64,000 nt of DNA from Phallusia mammillata (Eukaryota): positions 21,018,001 through 21,082,000 of the forward strand of contig OZ281498.1 in the NCBI GenBank assembly GCA_965637545.1, in the 5' to 3' direction. Every line of letters begins with the position of its first letter. The stretch's first letter is position 1. Positions 60,601-64,000 of this stretch are shown here, piece after piece. Below the pieces are notes generated by a model that searched no databases, had not been told where the DNA came from, and saw only the letters and a list, made by a program, of their open reading frames with translations. Position numbers and translations under genes: made by a program.

Positions 60601-61401
60601 TGCAGAATCCCCCTCCTCCGACATTTGGACCCACTATTCTATTCCCCACTAAGCATGAACCGGAAATGGAGTCCTTCCCGACACCGGAAGAACCCAAACA
60701 CTCTTACAGCACTTCCGGTTCACAAGCGCCATCGAGTGTCGAAGCACTTCTCGATGAATACGATCACACACCGTATGACGTAGACCTTCTGGATGACGAC
60801 TTCAGTCGGTTCTTCGCCGACGACGACTCTGATCTCACCATGACGTCATCATCGCTTACGTCATCGACGTCGTCGTTTCAGTCGCTTATGAAACCGACCG
60901 TAATGGGAAAAAGGCGAAAGACCAAAGAAAACGTACAGGTAAGAAATGAAATAAAATAACTTATTATGTCATAATCTTGTAAATGACGTCATGCACAGCA
61001 ATAGACAGATTTTATGCAACTTGTATTTGTTTAAATTTTGAGTTAACACCAGTAATTTGCACCAGTTTTTTTGGGTCTCAATTCCGAGTGGTGCTAATAT
61101 TAGTGTTTGGCCGACTTAAGTGACTTTTAGCAATATAACGGTTTAGGAACACTATACACGGACTTGAAAAGTAGTTTAATCATAAACATTACTGCCAAGG
61201 TAGTGGTGTATAAAGAATACATCGTTCAGACGTTAAAATACATGTTTTTACTTTTTATTTTTCTGTTATTTAATGGGATGTTCGATTTTACAGTTAAATT
61301 CAGCTTGGGAAACAATTGCATGTGGGCGAACAAACGATCAACAATCAATGACAGCGGCTGCTAGATCATATTTGATGCTTGTCAACCCTTCACCAATCTA
61401 A
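54623..61401 (+). CDS. MYB: Three-repeat (R1R2R3) Myb transcription factor (18 exons, ~864 aa)
   Basis: Exons 54623-54833, 54949-55079, 55523-55707, 56196-56324, 56568-56718, 56790-56900, 57316-57417, 57497-57593, 57850-57970, 58394-58560, 58644-58726, 58896-59102, 59342-59463, 59594-59705, 60023-60127, 60271-60381, 60597-60938, 61294-61401. Motifs [90 protein letters not shown]. Probably the single pro-orthologue of MYB/MYBL1/MYBL2. Confidence 0.95.
56416..56495. repeat. 80-bp foldback element (22-bp perfect inverted arms) in a Myb intron
   Basis: GAGCAAAAAAATCAGAGCCAGT ... ACTGGCTCTGATTTTTTTGCTC. The spacer contains TTGTCGAAACGTC. Confidence 0.85.
57100..57294. mobile_element. pogo/Tigger-like MITE, copy 2
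   Basis: TTTTGTCCGTATTAGGCGAA and GAAGATCCGGATTAAC match reverse complements in 31318-31497. Degenerate CAGTAAACC-type ends. Confidence 0.65.
59203..59233 (+). other. tRNA-derived fragment (acceptor stem fused to T-arm) in a Myb intron
   Basis: GCCTGTC GTGGG TTCGAAT CCCAC CGCAGGC. B box present; D and anticodon arms absent. Confidence 0.55.
61145..61234 (-). repeat. Family-2 hammerhead repeat tail (ribozyme truncated)
   Basis: Near-identical to 32721-32783 and to the reverse complement of 32825-32876. Stops at GACGTT inside stem III. Confidence 0.8.
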
Positions 61402-62366
61402 ATCCTTCTGGTTGAATCCCGAGACAAAATTTTATCGCTATGGGCCAACTCCGAATCTGAAAATCTTTTTTGTGTTGTTTTTGAGCAAGTTTGAGAAACA
61501 CGGCTTGTTAAACACTACGTACTAGTAAATCTAATAAACTATTTTTTGTTCCTGTTTTTTTGCACTACAAAGTTCGTTTCATTTAAAACCATAAGTTTCC
61601 AACCGTTGAAATCAACTTGTTGTGAGTCTTGTTCCTTTTTATTATTTTTTTACTGTTTTTAAACTGGTAAAAATCTTATTTTTCTACCTCGCCTACTGTT
61701 TTTTTCTGTAAATTACTGTACATAAATGACCCAGTATTGTGATATGAAGGTATCATTTGCTGTGCTGAGACTGTAGTTTGTCACCAAATGTAGCGTCACT
61801 ATCGCCCTTTATTACGTCACAACACCCAAGATGAAACACCAACCCTATAAAATCTGCTGCTTTTCAAAACATTTTTGCTGCTTCAAAAACTTGCCTATTA
61901 TCCAACCATATACTGCTGCTATGGTCATAAAGCTGTAGCTAAGATCAAATTTTCCTATATCTATCCATAAAAATCATATTTGTGTAGATCAAGCTGCTCT
62001 ATTGTTACGTCAAAATGTATCCATTGTCTTGCAAAATTCGATTGCCATTTTGTAGTTGAGTGACGCGTTTTGTGACGTTGCCAATACGAATTGTGATGTC
62101 ACTGTATATTGTTGTTTTTTGAAGTTCCATCGGCGTCGATTGAATCAAGGTTTTTTCGTTGTACATTTGTAATGCTTGAGCAAATAAAAAGTATTCCTAA
62201 ACATGTGCCCTCTTGGATTAGGTTTAAATTTGATAGTGCCCGTGGTGAAAAGCACAACGGTTATGTTGCAATGAGTGGCGCAGGCATTGGTGGCGGGAAT
62301 GCGCCGCCTTCCTGGGTTTTACGCTGCCAACCAGGTAAATACAGTTCGTGTTTTGGAACACTACAC

Positions 62367-62578
62367 CAGGGGCGGGCAACATACGGCCCGCGGGCCGGGT
62401 TACGGGAAATTGATATATGCTCGGACCATGCTATTCGGATAAGTTACAAAACGACCAATGTGTAAAAACCAAAATGGTGTCAAATTATACTGTTCTAGAA
62501 CTGAGAATAGTCAATGCGGCCTATTCGAGTGTCGAAAAAAAAAACAATGGGTTGTTTATGAAGTGGTTCCCACCCCTG
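62367..62578. mobile_element. hAT-like MITE
   Basis: CAGGGGCGGGCAAC / GTTCCCACCCCTG inverted termini with a subterminal CGGCCCGCGGGCCG palindrome. TSD not preserved. Confidence 0.6.
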
Positions 62579-63813
62579 CCCCGCCCAAGGCCAAGCTTCT
62601 TTTGAAACGTTTTGACAAGTTTGTGCCATCGTTAGTGATGCAAAAGGCCTAAATATATGTAAACACAAGTTGTTACGACAGAGCCTCTATTGGCATGGAC
62701 ACCATTGTTTGCGCCAAAAAATGTGGGTATAGGAAAAACATGAATTGTTTTGATTGTCAAATCAGACTATTAATGCGGACCACAGTGTTATATTTTTCCG
62801 AATATACTTTCATATTTTGGACACGGATCCATGACACTCCACGCAAAACAAAGCGTTGGACAACTTCGTTTAAAATATAGTTCGTAAGGAAATAAATCAG
62901 TTAACAGTTATTTGTTGCCATGAAAGGTATCGTTGTACACAACCGTTCTTATATCAAAGCGCTAAACCCCAAAAGTCCAACAGGAATTCAGTTTCATTGG
63001 CAATCTCGTGTATTCAACTTGTTTTATTATTTTTGTAACCCTATAATCTTCTTTATATGTTTGCCGTAAACATTGTGGGCCTACACTAAACTACGCATAG
63101 AGTGATCCAAAATCGAATAACCGACAGTTTACACGAGTTATTGCGATATGTATAATGTAGTTTTACACAAATTCATCAAAACAATTGTCAGCTAAAACAC
63201 AATGAACAAAACTGCAAGTACGTTAATTTTTCAACGATTAGCAATTAAAAAAAGAAATACATGTTATTCCATTAGTACAAATCTGCAAAAATATAGGCTA
63301 CACATTTTAAAGACAGATGTTTTGCAGTATCTGTGTAATTACACAGGGTACGAGTTGTAAATACAATGAAATTAACCAAGTGCAGAGATGTGCATAACAG
63401 TAACACTCAAACAGCTATGTACAAAAAATTATGCAGTGGCAGTTACATGTCCACAAAAACGCGATCTTTAATTATGAGAACTGTCTCATATTGGTTCCAA
63501 ATTTCTTCAATCTGCTTTACAACTTGTTGCCTTCCAACCCAAACCAAGATGAAATACTTGCGATATGCGTGTGCCATGCTTAAACTTTGATCAGGACTAT
63601 AATTGTCTGCCAAATATACAAATATCCGGCAATAAGCAATCAAAATTAACTGTTTCACTAATTAACTTACCTTTATGAATCTGTTTTCTTGCAATCGTCC
63701 CTGTTCTGAATCCCTTTGTTCGGTGTTACGACAAACTTGAGTTTAAAATCAAACAAGGCCCCCAACATACCATTTTTCTCACTGTTGGTTCCATGTTTTC
63801 TTTCAAGTGATGT

Positions 63814-63998
63814 GACTGTGAAAAATTGCGACGCTCTAGCGGCATGTGTAACGCATTGTGTAATCGACGCAACAGAACCTTCGGTCTGACACCAAAAAAA
63901 AGGACGGTAATCCGACTGTGAAAAATTGCGACGCTTAAGCCGCATGTGTAACGCATTGTGTAATGGACGCAACAGAAAACTTGGTTTGACCGTTAGGT
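63814..63998. repeat. Tandem repeat, period 100 bp (second copy runs towards the window end)
   Basis: GACTGTGAAAAATTGCGACGC... at 63814 and 63914. Confidence 0.85.
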
Positions 63999-64000
63999 AC

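Noticed and set aside
61937-61948. GCTAAGATCAA, resembling U2 snRNA
   Set aside because: Only 11 nt match and the flanks are unlike U2.
14394-63998. Tandem repeats (18, 121, 100 bp) considered as CRISPR-like arrays
   Set aside because: No unique spacers or cas genes, and the context is eukaryotic.

Overview
Eukaryotic, AT-rich, intron-dense genomic DNA. The compact introns and gene content suggest an invertebrate chordate, probably an ascidian tunicate (inference). I assembled five spliced gene models by hand with consistent splice phases. They are: two tandem minus-strand SLC10 (Na+/bile-acid symporter family) paralogues (2490-7132, 9439-14536); a 34-exon RGS22 (+, 23707-39061); an unrecognised minus-strand gene, or two-gene unit, converging on RGS22 (39690-42288); and an 18-exon three-repeat Myb (+, 54623-61401). 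Non-coding DNA holds several hAT-type MITEs with perfect 8-bp TSDs, pogo-like MITEs, a Harbinger-like element and a young tRNA-derived SINE. The most notable hidden signal is two families of type-I hammerhead ribozyme motifs in dispersed repeats with inverted-tail architecture (Penelope-like or retrozyme-like), about a dozen copies or fragments, mostly in RGS22 introns. Other points of interest: a Met-rich (MSTSME)n N-terminal repeat in one SLC10 copy, a GC-AG intron and an intron presence/absence difference between the paralogues, and strong exon-centred enrichment of TGACGTCA. All coordinates were counted by eye; no searches or folding programs were run.
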